IMG/VR virus record: IMGVR_UViG_3300017989_000062
Location: 21,483-85,482 of that record
Strand: one strand, 5' to 3'
Length of the DNA: 64,000 nucleotides
DNA from: a virus
Taxonomy: Duplodnaviria > Heunggongvirae > Uroviricota > Caudoviricetes
Shown here: positions 37,961 through 48,380 of the stretch, piece by piece
Position numbering within the stretch: the first letter of the stretch is position 1
Layout: each line of letters begins with the position of its first letter
Position numbers and translations under genes: made by a program
The notes under the pieces: generated by a model
Told to the model about the DNA's origin: nothing
The model's database searches: none
The model's input: the letters and a program-made list of their open reading frames with translations, nothing else

Positions 37961-39148
37961 ATGAGTATTGGAATTGTAAAAGAAGAAGAAAATGAACTAA
38001 CTCCAGATACAGCAGCAATTGATCCAAAAGAAGTTTTAGATAGTATAAAACTAAGTGATAAAGAACCAACAAAGAAAGAAAAAGAATATAGCAAAGCAAA
38101 GACAGAAGTAGATGCTTTATATGAGGAATTTAGTGACTTTCTTGAAGTTAAAGCTGATATGTCATTTGATCCTGGAATCAAACTGCTTGTTCCAACTGGT
38201 ATTGAATTATTAGATGCTATTTTAGGTGGTGGTTTCCCGGTTGGAGCTATGAGTATTATTGTTGGGACTCCAGGTAGTGGAAAGAGTATGTTAGCTATTC
38301 AAACAATGGCTGCTGGACAAAAAAAGTATGAAAAATTTCTAGCATCATTTCTAGATTCAGAAGAGGCTACTTCAACACAACGGTTAGCAAATCTTGGAGT
38401 TCGTTTTCCAACAATTAAACCTTATTGTGATATTACTGTTGAAAAGGTATTTAAACACCTTGAAACAATGTGTCTGTTTAAAGAACAGAAGAAACTTCAA
38501 CATGTTCCTTCAGTATCTGTATGGGATTCAATAGCAAACACCTTGAGTGAAAAAGAACGACAGGTTGAAGATGTAAACTCTGTTATTGGATATAAAGCAA
38601 GAATGTTGTCTCTTCTTGTTCCAAAATATGTTGCACGATGTGCACAGTATAATATATGCTGGCTAGCTGTTAATCAATTAAGAGATCAATTACAACTTAC
38701 ACAATTTGCGCCAGCAAAAGATCTTCGTTTTATGTCAGCAGGAAAGAGCATGCCTGGTGGAAACATCTTAAAGTTTAATGCGTTCACCCTTCTTGAAATG
38801 AAAGCTAAATCAGTTTTAGATTCTTCGAAGATGGGGTTTGATGGAATCATTGCATCAGTAAAAACAGTTAAGTGTAAATTATTTCCACCAAATATTGAAA
38901 TAGAATTGGTTGGGGATTTTATTCGAGGATTTTCTAATTTCTGGACTAATTATAATTTCTTGGTTAAGGAGAAACGTCTTGTATCAGGTGCATGGAATTA
39001 CTTGAAATCAAAACCTGAGCAGAAATTTCGAACAAAAGATGCTGAAACGTTGTATAAAGAAGATGTGAATTTTAAAACTGCCTTTGACGAGGCTGTCAAT
39101 GAGTGTTTGACTACAGAAATTGTTGAAAAATTTAACCCTGAGATATAA
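37961..39148 (+). CDS. RecA/UvsX-like recombinase
   Basis: GTPGSGKS, FLDSEE, WDSIA, VNQLR, PGGNILKF. Confidence 0.9.
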   Translation: MSIGIVKEEENELTPDTAAIDPKEVLDSIKLSDKEPTKKEKEYSKAKTEVDALYEEFSDFLEVKADMSFDPGIKLLVPTGIELLDAILGGGFPVGAMSIIVGTPGSGKSMLAIQTMAAGQKKYEKFLASFLDSEEATSTQRLANLGVRFPTIKPYCDITVEKVFKHLETMCLFKEQKKLQHVPSVSVWDSIANTLSEKERQVEDVNSVIGYKARMLSLLVPKYVARCAQYNICWLAVNQLRDQLQLTQFAPAKDLRFMSAGKSMPGGNILKFNAFTLLEMKAKSVLDSSKMGFDGIIASVKTVKCKLFPPNIEIELVGDFIRGFSNFWTNYNFLVKEKRLVSGAWNYLKSKPEQKFRTKDAETLYKEDVNFKTAFDEAVNECLTTEIVEKFNPEI

Positions 39149-39177
39149 AGAAAGCAACCGACTTCATTCAGATTCAA

Positions 39178-39191
39178 GAACAAATTATAAA
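39178..39191 (+). promoter_or_regulatory. class-2 candidate promoter GAACAAATTATAAC
   Basis: Intergenic, upstream of the KH-domain gene. Confidence 0.45.
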
Positions 39192-39234
39192 CTGAGAAAT
39201 ACGTTACGAACTGAAATTATGGAGGAGAATTACT

Positions 39235-39537
39235 ATGCAATCAATGTCTGAAGTATTGAAAAACTATGTAGAAAATACAACCAAGAAACTTGTAGATAAT
39301 TCAAGTGAGGTTTCTGTTTCTGTGGTGGTTTCTACAAAGTCGGTTATCATTCAAATTAAAACAGCTAAATCAGATTGTGGAAAAGTTATTGGCAAGAGAG
39401 GTAGAACTGTAGAGGCGATCAAGATTCTAGTACTGGCTATTAAAAACACACATTATCCTGACGACAACAGAAGAGTCTCAGTCGAAATTATTGAGGACGA
39501 ATCGTCAGATTTTAGTTATAGAAACAAGGAGGAATAA
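39235..39537 (+). CDS. single KH-domain RNA-binding protein (KhpA-like)
   Basis: DCGKVIGKRGRTVEAIKIL (GxxG loop). Confidence 0.85.
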   Translation: MQSMSEVLKNYVENTTKKLVDNSSEVSVSVVVSTKSVIIQIKTAKSDCGKVIGKRGRTVEAIKILVLAIKNTHYPDDNRRVSVEIIEDESSDFSYRNKEE

Positions 39538-39542
39538 TTACC

Positions 39543-40094
39543 ATGTTAACCAAAGAGTCCAAAATTAAGGTTCTAGAAAACTTCTATGCGCTTGACTACG
39601 TTTTCTTCGGCAGACCTTTGAATGAAGTAGAAACTTGCTGTGAAGCTCTTGCAGAAGATTATCTTTCAGTCAAAGGCGCTGTAATGTCTGTGATGATTGA
39701 AATGTATAAACTAGTGGATCATTTTCCAGAACCAGTACAGGAAAAGATAGATAGTTCAACATTAAAAAGTTCTGCAAAAAGTAGAGCCAAAATTGCAAGA
39801 GAAATGGCTCACAAACTAGTTGCAACTCCAAAAGGTCGAGCAGATATCAAGGCTGAATTGAGAGAAGCTATTGAAGAAGATAATACTATCGACGTTAATA
39901 CAATAGTAGAAGGCAAGATTCGAGAAAAAGCTTTCCGTCTTGCTTGTGATAATCTTCTAATTGCGTCAACAATTTCAGAGTCAATCAACTACGAGGAACT
40001 CAATGAATGGTCTGGTAGAATCATTGAAGACTCTTATAAGATCTTGAGAGATAGTCTTGTTGATAGCGCCTTATTAGTTCTTGACCAAATGTAA
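39543..40094 (+). CDS. hypothetical protein
   Basis: GGAGG RBS. Confidence 0.7.
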   Translation: MLTKESKIKVLENFYALDYVFFGRPLNEVETCCEALAEDYLSVKGAVMSVMIEMYKLVDHFPEPVQEKIDSSTLKSSAKSRAKIAREMAHKLVATPKGRADIKAELREAIEEDNTIDVNTIVEGKIREKAFRLACDNLLIASTISESINYEELNEWSGRIIEDSYKILRDSLVDSALLVLDQM

Positions 40095-40103
40095 AGCGAG
40101 CTT

Positions 40104-40997
40104 ATGGCTGATAATGAATATGCGAAACTTGTCGAATATCTAGAAACACACCAGCAACAAGAACGCGTTGTTGAAGAAATTCAACAAAAAGTAACAACAA
40201 AGAATACAAAAAAATTGTTAGAGGAATGTTCAGCAAAAATACATGCGGACATTCCTCTAACTAAATCTACTTTTAACTCGGAAGGCTTCGACGTTCATAA
40301 ATTTGAATCATTAATGAGGTCAAAACTGATTGATGATCATAAGCGAGGTCAAACTTATGAGCGTCCCTTCATCTCTGTAACAGAACTTACTTCTTGTCTA
40401 AGAAAAAGTTATTACAGCAGAATGAAGTATCAAATAGATATAAGCAAGCAATATCAATTTTCTTATTTGTATCTAATCAATCACGTTGGAAACACAGTGC
40501 ACGAAATAGTGCAAAATTTATATGATCATACTGAGGTTGAAAAAACAATCGTCAGTGATAAATATAAAATCAAAGGACGTGTTGATGGCATCCGGGATAA
40601 ATTTCTGTTAGAGTATAAGACAATCGACCGAAACAAATTTAAAAACGCTTACATTGCTGATCATTTTGTACAAGGTAATATATATGCGTTTATTTTAAAT
40701 TCAGAATATAATTATAAAATACATACTGTAACAGTTGTTTATTTCACTCGAGATTTAAAAGGAGTATATCCTTTTGATATCCCGGTTGCCCCCAAAGAAG
40801 CTCAGAAATATATTAAACGGGCACCTATATTACTATCTAGTATAGAAAGAAAGTCTGTGCCAGAACCGTTGGGTGCTACTACAGAACAATGTAAATGGTG
40901 TCCATATAAATCATACTGTGAAAAAGACACTACAGAATTACTCCAACCTTTTGAAGAAAAGAAAAAGGTGAAAAAGAAATCTGTCTTTTTATTGTAG
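40104..40997 (+). CDS. PD-(D/E)XK exonuclease, Cas4-like
   Basis: SCLRK, GRVDG..LEYKT, QGNIYA, CKWCPYKSYC. Confidence 0.82.
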   Translation: MADNEYAKLVEYLETHQQQERVVEEIQQKVTTKNTKKLLEECSAKIHADIPLTKSTFNSEGFDVHKFESLMRSKLIDDHKRGQTYERPFISVTELTSCLRKSYYSRMKYQIDISKQYQFSYLYLINHVGNTVHEIVQNLYDHTEVEKTIVSDKYKIKGRVDGIRDKFLLEYKTIDRNKFKNAYIADHFVQGNIYAFILNSEYNYKIHTVTVVYFTRDLKGVYPFDIPVAPKEAQKYIKRAPILLSSIERKSVPEPLGATTEQCKWCPYKSYCEKDTTELLQPFEEKKKVKKKSVFLL

Positions 40998-41011
40998 GAG
41001 GAAATACTAAC

Positions 41012-42664
41012 ATGATAATTACATTTCCCATGCTAACGTCAAATAATACATCAAGCACTGCCTTACCAGGTATTTGCAAGATGCTTGAGAAATTCATTAT
41101 TGTTTATAATCTTGACCGAGTTTTGAAGCATGCGCGAAAAGTTTCTGATATGGAAAGAGTTGGTTCTACTCTCCGTCTTCGTGAAGCAAAAATCAAAGCA
41201 GATATTAAACCAATACCAATTAATATATCAACTGGATCTGATACAAAAGATAAACCAGATGTATCCAGTCCTCCAAAAATAGATCAAGCTTTGGCATTAG
41301 AACCTACATGGGTAAAGGTTGAGTTAAAAGATGGATTTGCAGTTCTTGGTGTAAAAGTTGTGCCATTTCCAGTCCTTTCTGATGAAAATGTTATTTCATT
41401 AATGATGAAAGATCTTAGTTTATCATTTTGGAAAAAGACAATGACAAAGTGGCAACGAGCTGCTATGAGACGGGTTTGGACAGTCATTAGAGGTGTTGGG
41501 GGACGACTTGGATATAAAGGTGGTGCACTTACAGGAGATCCAAAAAGAGATGTATTGTTTGCTACTAGTGAACACCGACATAATATTTTTACTTTAATCA
41601 ATATGATTGATCTTCAAAATGCTGAAGATTTTCTAAAGAATGCAGGTGGTATTAAAAAGTTATATTCTTTAGGTTGGAGATCATTTATTGTTACGGATGA
41701 TATCAAACATCAAGCGAGTTTTTGTTTAGAGCAATTCAAAGGAATGTGTTCTACAATTCCGTATAGTTTCATCTATTCATCGCTAGGTGCAGGACATCAA
41801 AAAGTTTATGAAGATTTAGAAGATGTTAGAAAATCTGGGAGTTCTTTCTTTAAGATGAAAGGTAATGTCAGAAAGATTTTCGGGGAGTCTGAAGATATGA
41901 TTTTACCATGTTGTGGTGAAAAACTCCAAGAAGCTGAAGTTATTACAGAAGATTTTGCAACAATTGCTCAGAGATTTAAAAGCGGCATTCCTTCAATGTT
42001 TAGCGGTCTTCGAATGGCAGATAAGAAAGCTGATAAGAATATGGCATTAAAAGTACTTTCAAAATTGCCAAAAATGGGTTTAGAAAAAATTATAACTATT
42101 TGCCAAAAAATGGCTCCTGAATTTAAGTCTAATTTTGAAATGGCAAATAGAGTTTTTGCAAATTCTATCGAAGGTCCTGCGGATCTAAAACGAAGTTGTG
42201 CTTGCATTATAGCTATGGGTGCTTCTTATAGAAATGAGACTGGAAAAAGTAGACAACAAACTATTGATGGTATAAAGAAATTTGTTGTAGCTGCTAGACA
42301 AACATCCACAGCAAAAGATTTTGGAGCGGCGACAGGTATTCCATCTCGTCCTGGTGGCACTACTGAGCCTGGAGGTGCGGAGGAGGCAGCAGCCGCAGCC
42401 GTTTCATCTATATTTGAGTGGATTGCTTATGCAGTAAGTGTTGTCAAACAAACTTTTGCAAATACATTAGCGTGGACCAGTGCAGATAAACAACAAGGTG
42501 GTGCCATTGGAAAAACTGTTGGATTTATTGGTAAACAATCTAAAACAATTGGTGATGCTCTTAAAGAAGCGTGGGACTTTTGTAGACAGAATGATATTAT
42601 TTATGCTATTGTAATTGTAGTTATTGTTTTCATTATTATTGCTTATCTATGTAGGAATTCTTAA
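41012..42664 (+). CDS. large hypothetical protein with C-terminal TM helix
   Basis: Ends IIYAIVIVVIVFIIIAYLCRNS. Confidence 0.75.
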   Translation: MIITFPMLTSNNTSSTALPGICKMLEKFIIVYNLDRVLKHARKVSDMERVGSTLRLREAKIKADIKPIPINISTGSDTKDKPDVSSPPKIDQALALEPTWVKVELKDGFAVLGVKVVPFPVLSDENVISLMMKDLSLSFWKKTMTKWQRAAMRRVWTVIRGVGGRLGYKGGALTGDPKRDVLFATSEHRHNIFTLINMIDLQNAEDFLKNAGGIKKLYSLGWRSFIVTDDIKHQASFCLEQFKGMCSTIPYSFIYSSLGAGHQKVYEDLEDVRKSGSSFFKMKGNVRKIFGESEDMILPCCGEKLQEAEVITEDFATIAQRFKSGIPSMFSGLRMADKKADKNMALKVLSKLPKMGLEKIITICQKMAPEFKSNFEMANRVFANSIEGPADLKRSCACIIAMGASYRNETGKSRQQTIDGIKKFVVAARQTSTAKDFGAATGIPSRPGGTTEPGGAEEAAAAAVSSIFEWIAYAVSVVKQTFANTLAWTSADKQQGGAIGKTVGFIGKQSKTIGDALKEAWDFCRQNDIIYAIVIVVIVFIIIAYLCRNS

Positions 42665-42665
42665 A

Positions 42666-43271
42666 ATGGATGACATTAAAATACAATCAAACGTTGAGAA
42701 CCTAGAACTTTACAGTGATAACTACCCATTTCGCCTATCTCTAAGAATTCGTAATTTTGAAGCTGAAGCTGAGTATAAAAAGTTTATTAGAAATTGTGAA
42801 CGACTTATAAGAAGTTGTATTGAGTATAGACATTGGAAAAATTATATCATAGATGTTCTTGGTATTAATACATGCATGATAACCGACGAGAGGATTGATG
42901 AATGTACGATTGAAGTTCATCATCATCTACCATCATTGTATGTTGCAGTTGCCGCGCTTATTAATAAAAAATTAGAGATGGAGGAAGAATTTTCTACGTT
43001 TGATATTGCGCAAAGTGCCATTGAGTTACATTTTATGAATAAAATTGGCTACGTTACATTAATTAAAAGCATGCATGAAAAGTTTCATAAGGGGTTTTTA
43101 AACATTCCATCAGAGTTGATTCGTGGAGATTATCAATATTTTCTTCGTGAATATGGTGGTTATATCGATGATGAAGATATGGATGTTATCAATCGCCGAC
43201 TTTCAATTAATGAAAGCAACTGTTCATGGAGACGCGATGATTACCCAAGTGAAAAATTAGCAACCAACTAA
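42666..43271 (+). CDS. hypothetical protein (possible HNH-like motif)
   Basis: C...IEVHHH; start moved to ATG 42666. Confidence 0.65.
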   Translation: MDDIKIQSNVENLELYSDNYPFRLSLRIRNFEAEAEYKKFIRNCERLIRSCIEYRHWKNYIIDVLGINTCMITDERIDECTIEVHHHLPSLYVAVAALINKKLEMEEEFSTFDIAQSAIELHFMNKIGYVTLIKSMHEKFHKGFLNIPSELIRGDYQYFLREYGGYIDDEDMDVINRRLSINESNCSWRRDDYPSEKLATN

Positions 43272-43291
43272 TTATCTAATCGGGGTGTAAT

Positions 43292-43681
43292 ATGATAACA
43301 ATAGATCAAGAAGCAAAACAACGAGTAAGACACCCACTAGAATTAGATAGTATGGCTGAAAGGTTTAAGACTGAATCCGGTTATTACTCATTTACATCAC
43401 CATCATTGTGGATCTTAGAAAAACACTTATTTTATCTTCTAAAAAATTCAGTCCAAAGAGATTTTGATCCAAAATATTCAATGCGTCCTGATTATTTATC
43501 ATTTGATGAATATGGAACAGTTGTTCTTGCTCCTTATTTAATGTTTGTAAATAATGTACTGACAATTGAAGATTTTGATTTAGTGACTGTTATCATTCCA
43601 TCTCTTCAATCCATCGTTGATCTTGCCCGAGATAAATTCCCAAAACTAGAATCATCTGAGATGACAGAGGTGGCTTGGTAA
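43292..43681 (+). CDS. baseplate wedge protein (T4 gp53-like, LysM-like)
   Basis: MRPDYLSFDEYG....YLMFVNNV. Confidence 0.65.
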   Translation: MITIDQEAKQRVRHPLELDSMAERFKTESGYYSFTSPSLWILEKHLFYLLKNSVQRDFDPKYSMRPDYLSFDEYGTVVLAPYLMFVNNVLTIEDFDLVTVIIPSLQSIVDLARDKFPKLESSEMTEVAW

Positions 43682-44568
43682 TGATTATTAAAAAAGATTT
43701 CGCACTCCTTAAAGGAATTCCAAATGTAACTCGACTATCAGCGGGTTCTATGAAAAATATTTCAGTTCCTGGTGACCGACTCAACTTAGTTCGAGCAATT
43801 CAATTAATTGAGAAACGAGTTAATCATTTTACTAGCAAGAGAGTATTTTCCCTCACTTCCAACATTCGAGAAGTCCGCAAAACAATCCATGTAGTAAATT
43901 TTGATTATCCACTCCATATAACATATAATATACCTACCTCCCGCATTGTCATTAATCTAAACGCTTTTCAAGTAGATGAAATTTCAAGACTTGACCCAAT
44001 TAATGTATATGCTTGTCTTGTGTATGGGATATGTTTTGCTGATTTAGTTAATCAAAAAATCAAAGTTAAGGATATGTATTATGGACCGATTACAAATTTT
44101 CTCACATCCGCTTTTGTAAAAGTGTTTGGAAAGGAGTATGGTCTTCTTGGTCCTTATGCAACAGAAATTAATAAATTAAAGTTTCTTATATCTTGTTATA
44201 TTCTTGGGGCATTTTTTAATGTTACAGGTTTGTCAGCATATAAGAAATCATCAAGCTTATCTTCTATTGATTTTAAACAAATATCAGATAAACTAAATAC
44301 GTATGACTTTTCAAATATAGATGCTTTTATTAAAGCACTTTCTGAATTAAAAGTTTTACCAGGAATTGACAAACATAAGTTTGCAGGAAAACTATTAAGA
44401 TATTATCAGTTGAATTTCTTTCCTGCAATTGAAGATCTATCGAGATTTTTGTCATTTATTGTTACCTCTAGTGTGAGGGGTAGTAACATTGTTCCAACAT
44501 ATATGGATGCTACTAATACGAGTGAATTTACAAAAATACTTTCTGTTGGTAAAACAATATTTAGATAA
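43681..44568 (+). CDS. hypothetical protein
   Basis: TAATG overlap with the upstream gene. Confidence 0.7.
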   Translation: MIIKKDFALLKGIPNVTRLSAGSMKNISVPGDRLNLVRAIQLIEKRVNHFTSKRVFSLTSNIREVRKTIHVVNFDYPLHITYNIPTSRIVINLNAFQVDEISRLDPINVYACLVYGICFADLVNQKIKVKDMYYGPITNFLTSAFVKVFGKEYGLLGPYATEINKLKFLISCYILGAFFNVTGLSAYKKSSSLSSIDFKQISDKLNTYDFSNIDAFIKALSELKVLPGIDKHKFAGKLLRYYQLNFFPAIEDLSRFLSFIVTSSVRGSNIVPTYMDATNTSEFTKILSVGKTIFR

Positions 44569-44605
44569 ATGAAGAACTTTTTTATAGAAAGACTAAAGGA
44601 ATAAA

Positions 44606-45484
44606 ATGGAGACGCCATTATTTGGAAACTATCGAGCAAAGGTGATAGATAGCTTAGATCCAGATAAGTATGGTAGGGTAAAGGTGTGGATTCCAGATAT
44701 TATGCCTGAGGTTGATGATTCAAAAGGATTGTGGGCAAGACCAGCCAATAATCCAGTTGGTGGTCGTAATATAGAAGGGAGTTCAGAACATCATTTTATG
44801 GGTTCATGTTATGTTCCTCAAAATGGTGCATGGGTTTGGGTGTTTTTTGAAGCTGGTAATATAAACAGTCCGTATTACTTTGGAGCTCTTGATCTTGAAA
44901 ACACAAAGGTTTTACCTGAGTGTCAAGAAGCAAATTATAATAATAAATGGGTTGTTTTCAAAAGTCCACAAGGTCGTTGTGTTGTTATTTCAGATGATGA
45001 TACCGACGCAAGAGTTGAAATAACAGGTAAAAAACGACAAATGTGGAAACCTCCTTCTGGAGATCAAGCATCTGTCTATAACATAGATGATAATCAAACT
45101 ACAATTTTATTAGATGAAATTGAAGGTCGAGAGAAACTTCTTATTAGAACATGGAAGGGTGATTTTATCCATGTGGATATTGATCAACAAAAATTACAAT
45201 GTTTCTTTAAAGGCGATATAGTTATAGAAACTGAAGGAACTTTGAATATTAAAGCTGGTCAAGATATTAAAATTAGATCTGATATGAATACAAACATTGA
45301 TGCAGGTATGGAAGCACATCTCAAATCAGGTTTGAGTATGTTTCAATCATCTGGCGCTGAACATCATACAAAAGCTGCTGGTAATTTATTTAGAGATGCT
45401 GCAGATATCAAAGATCAGGGTGGTGGTTCTCAAGACGCAAAAGAAGCAGATCCAGCTCTACCTGATGGAACGAGGCAATCATAA
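44606..45484 (+). CDS. baseplate hub/spike protein (gp5/VgrG-like OB-fold)
   Basis: GNYRAKVIDSLDPDKYGRVKVWIP, VWVFFEAG..PYYFG, beta-helix-like repeats. Confidence 0.85.
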   Translation: METPLFGNYRAKVIDSLDPDKYGRVKVWIPDIMPEVDDSKGLWARPANNPVGGRNIEGSSEHHFMGSCYVPQNGAWVWVFFEAGNINSPYYFGALDLENTKVLPECQEANYNNKWVVFKSPQGRCVVISDDDTDARVEITGKKRQMWKPPSGDQASVYNIDDNQTTILLDEIEGREKLLIRTWKGDFIHVDIDQQKLQCFFKGDIVIETEGTLNIKAGQDIKIRSDMNTNIDAGMEAHLKSGLSMFQSSGAEHHTKAAGNLFRDAADIKDQGGGSQDAKEADPALPDGTRQS

Positions 45485-46764
45485 TGGGTTTATTACCGAT
45501 TCCAGAACTTCCTAAGTTGCCAGAAGTTCCTGGACTTCCAGATTTTCCTGATGTTCCTGAGATTCTTGAGCCAGATTGTAATCCGCAAAAATCTATTTGT
45601 GCAAAGATGGCCAAACAATTAGATGATGCTATATCTACAATTGAAAATGCAAAGGACGCATTTAGAAATAAAATTATTAATACAGTTGATGATCTTACTG
45701 ACTTTGGTTTAAATCCTCCTAGTGATCCTGGTGCTTTAGATGATGCATTAGTTGCTCTTAATGAGGATGCAGCTAATACACTACCTAGTCTTGATGATTG
45801 TGATCCTGATGAAATAAGAAGGATATTAGAAGCATGTGGTATAGCTTTTCCAAGTTTTGATTCTCCAAGAAAGATGTTAAAGGATATGACTGATTGGATA
45901 GGTGATCAGTTTAAGGATCTTTTTGGAGATTGGAATGATGCAGAATTTAATTTTCCATTTCCAGACTTACCAAGTTTTCAATTCCCACAATTTCAGTTAC
46001 CAGAGTTTCAATTTGGTCTTGAATTTGATGCTTTCGATGACTTCTTAGAAGATTTAAAATTTCCAGATTTGCTTGGGTCACTTGATGGTCTTTTCAATTG
46101 TCTTGATTCAATTTGTAAGGATCAAGATTTGGATGCTAAAATTACCAGAGTGAATAATGCACTATCTGAAATTGCAGTCAATGATGAAGGAAAACTTGAT
46201 CTGGATACAATATTAGATAGTTCTGGAATTTCAGAAGCACATAAAGTTGGAGTGAGAAATGTTAAAGATAATATCAATGGTTTAAAAAATAAGTATAAGA
46301 CAGCTACAGAAAAAACTGCAAATACTGCTAATCAAACAGTTAAAATTATTAAGAAAGAAGCAACTACTGCAGAAGGAGCCATTCCAACAGGTAGTCCTAA
46401 AAGAGTCAAAGAATCAGCAGGTGGTGGAATTGGAACTGCTAATAATCCGGTTACTGAACCAGGGGTTGATGATCCAGCAGCATGGGGTGATTATAACTCT
46501 GATGATGATAAATATGATGCTTCAAAAAGTTCTGACCGTCCATCTAATGCTGGCACTACCGGCTCTGCTGCTGGCTCTGGTGGAACTAGATCTACAAGAA
46601 CTACATCTGGTGGAACGAGCGACACTGGTACTACAGGAACTGGTGCCGGAGGATATACCCCACCAACCCCAGTATCACCCCCAAATGTACCACCAAAAGA
46701 AACACCTAGTGCTGGTCAACCTTGGGAGGGAGATAGTTCTGGGCGAACAGACTATTTAGTATAG
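45484..46764 (+). CDS. acidic Pro/Phe-rich hypothetical protein
   Basis: PxLP/FP repeats and a G/T-rich tail. Confidence 0.75.
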   Translation: MGLLPIPELPKLPEVPGLPDFPDVPEILEPDCNPQKSICAKMAKQLDDAISTIENAKDAFRNKIINTVDDLTDFGLNPPSDPGALDDALVALNEDAANTLPSLDDCDPDEIRRILEACGIAFPSFDSPRKMLKDMTDWIGDQFKDLFGDWNDAEFNFPFPDLPSFQFPQFQLPEFQFGLEFDAFDDFLEDLKFPDLLGSLDGLFNCLDSICKDQDLDAKITRVNNALSEIAVNDEGKLDLDTILDSSGISEAHKVGVRNVKDNINGLKNKYKTATEKTANTANQTVKIIKKEATTAEGAIPTGSPKRVKESAGGGIGTANNPVTEPGVDDPAAWGDYNSDDDKYDASKSSDRPSNAGTTGSAAGSGGTRSTRTTSGGTSDTGTTGTGAGGYTPPTPVSPPNVPPKETPSAGQPWEGDSSGRTDYLV

Positions 46765-46776
46765 GAGGAACGGCGA

Positions 46777-47508
46777 ATGGCTGAAGCTGATAAATTAGCA
46801 GAATTAATAGAGAATCAAGAAGAAGATTCAGATGCGATCCAACAATCCATTGATGGTGTTGATGAACAAATTGCAGAACAAACAGATATACAAAACTCAA
46901 TGTATTTTACAATGGATCAAGCATGTAATGATATTATTGATTTTGTTGTCCCTAGCAAGGGAGATATGGTTGTTGAATATGGAAATTTTAGAACAACCAA
47001 TGCAACTGATTGGTATGTAGCAGATGCTATTCTTGATAATTCTGATGTTGACCCAAATAACAATGTTACTTATTTTTCTGGAACAGGATTTGAATGTGAT
47101 GGTGATCAAACAGGTTCATTTCCAGTGGGTGATACAATTTTATTTGCCGATATTGATAGTACAGCAGCTACATTTTCAACAATCGTTGATTCAGTATATG
47201 ATTCAACTTCACATGTTGGCGTCACTTATGTTGAGGTAGCTGATAGTGTTATTCCAACTACCGTTGAAAAGGTTGGGGTTCTGTCTTATCAACATGGTGG
47301 GGTTGGTTGGGATAGTGATGCTGACATACAGGCAAGAGTGGATGATTTTAACTACGCATATAACCATATAATTCAACCATTGGGTTTTGGTGGGACATAT
47401 GGAACTATGGAAATGATTGCAGTTTTAACCAATTCTAAAGGATTATTACAATCGAATAAATCTGTGGTAGATCAACGTGCCACAAGATTAGGAAGATATT
47501 CTTCATGA
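46777..47508 (+). CDS. acidic hypothetical protein, probably structural
   Basis: GGAGG RBS; baseplate context. Confidence 0.7.
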   Translation: MAEADKLAELIENQEEDSDAIQQSIDGVDEQIAEQTDIQNSMYFTMDQACNDIIDFVVPSKGDMVVEYGNFRTTNATDWYVADAILDNSDVDPNNNVTYFSGTGFECDGDQTGSFPVGDTILFADIDSTAATFSTIVDSVYDSTSHVGVTYVEVADSVIPTTVEKVGVLSYQHGGVGWDSDADIQARVDDFNYAYNHIIQPLGFGGTYGTMEMIAVLTNSKGLLQSNKSVVDQRATRLGRYSS

Positions 47509-48380
47509 ACAAGTTAAGATGTGGGTTATGTGGATTTGTGACGAAGAGTTGTTCACAGCTTACTGGTCATCTACGACATACTCATGGTTTGTGGAAAAAG
47601 GATCAGGAATGGTATTATATGAAGTATATACAATATCCTTCTCGAGATGTTTATAGCGGATTTTGTAAGTGGTGTGGGTTGCCGACAAAATTCCACAGAA
47701 TATCTGATGGGTTTCAGTTGTTTTGTGATCATACATGTCGAGCAAATTATGAATCCACGATTAGGAATCCGTTAGATAAACCAGGAGCTAGAAAGAGATT
47801 ATCAGAAGCTCATAAAAGAATTGCTCATTTACATGCTTCCCTTGTTCGTGGTAATAAAAATCCGATGAAGCGACATGATATTGCAATGAAAGTTCAAGCT
47901 ACAATGGAAAAAAATGGACATCCAACAAGAGGAAAAACATATGAACAAATATATGGTGTAGAAAAAGCAAAGAAATTACGACACTTAAGATCTAAACATG
48001 TAAACCGACCACATATCATAGAAGCAATACGTAAAAAAATGTTAAATGGTGGTGCAGCTTATTTAAACTCTTTTATAAAAAATCCTTCGAAACCCCAAAA
48101 GAAACTTTATAAAATATGTAAACAAATATTTCCAGATTCTGTTTTAAATTTATCATGTCTTAATTTCAGTCTTGATATTGCGATTCCGAGCATTAATGTT
48201 GCTATTGAATATGATGGTAGTTATTGGCACCAAGATATTGATGCTGACTTAAAACGACAACAGTTGATTGAAGAAGAAGGTTGGATTGTTTTAAGATATC
48301 GAGATTACGTTCCTTCTAAAAATACATTACTAGACGACATTAAGACAATAACTGGAGGTGATGTTAGAGATGCCAGGTAA
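47505..48380 (+). mobile_element. homing-endonuclease-like protein (Zn finger plus DUF559/Vsr-like nuclease)
   Basis: CGLC...H...H; LNGGAAYLNSFIKNPSKPQ...AIEYDGSYWH; paralog of 31209. Confidence 0.8.

Noticed and set aside
40104-40997. CRISPR-Cas system suggested by the Cas4-like nuclease
   Set aside because: No other cas genes or array; solo Cas4-like exonucleases are common in phages
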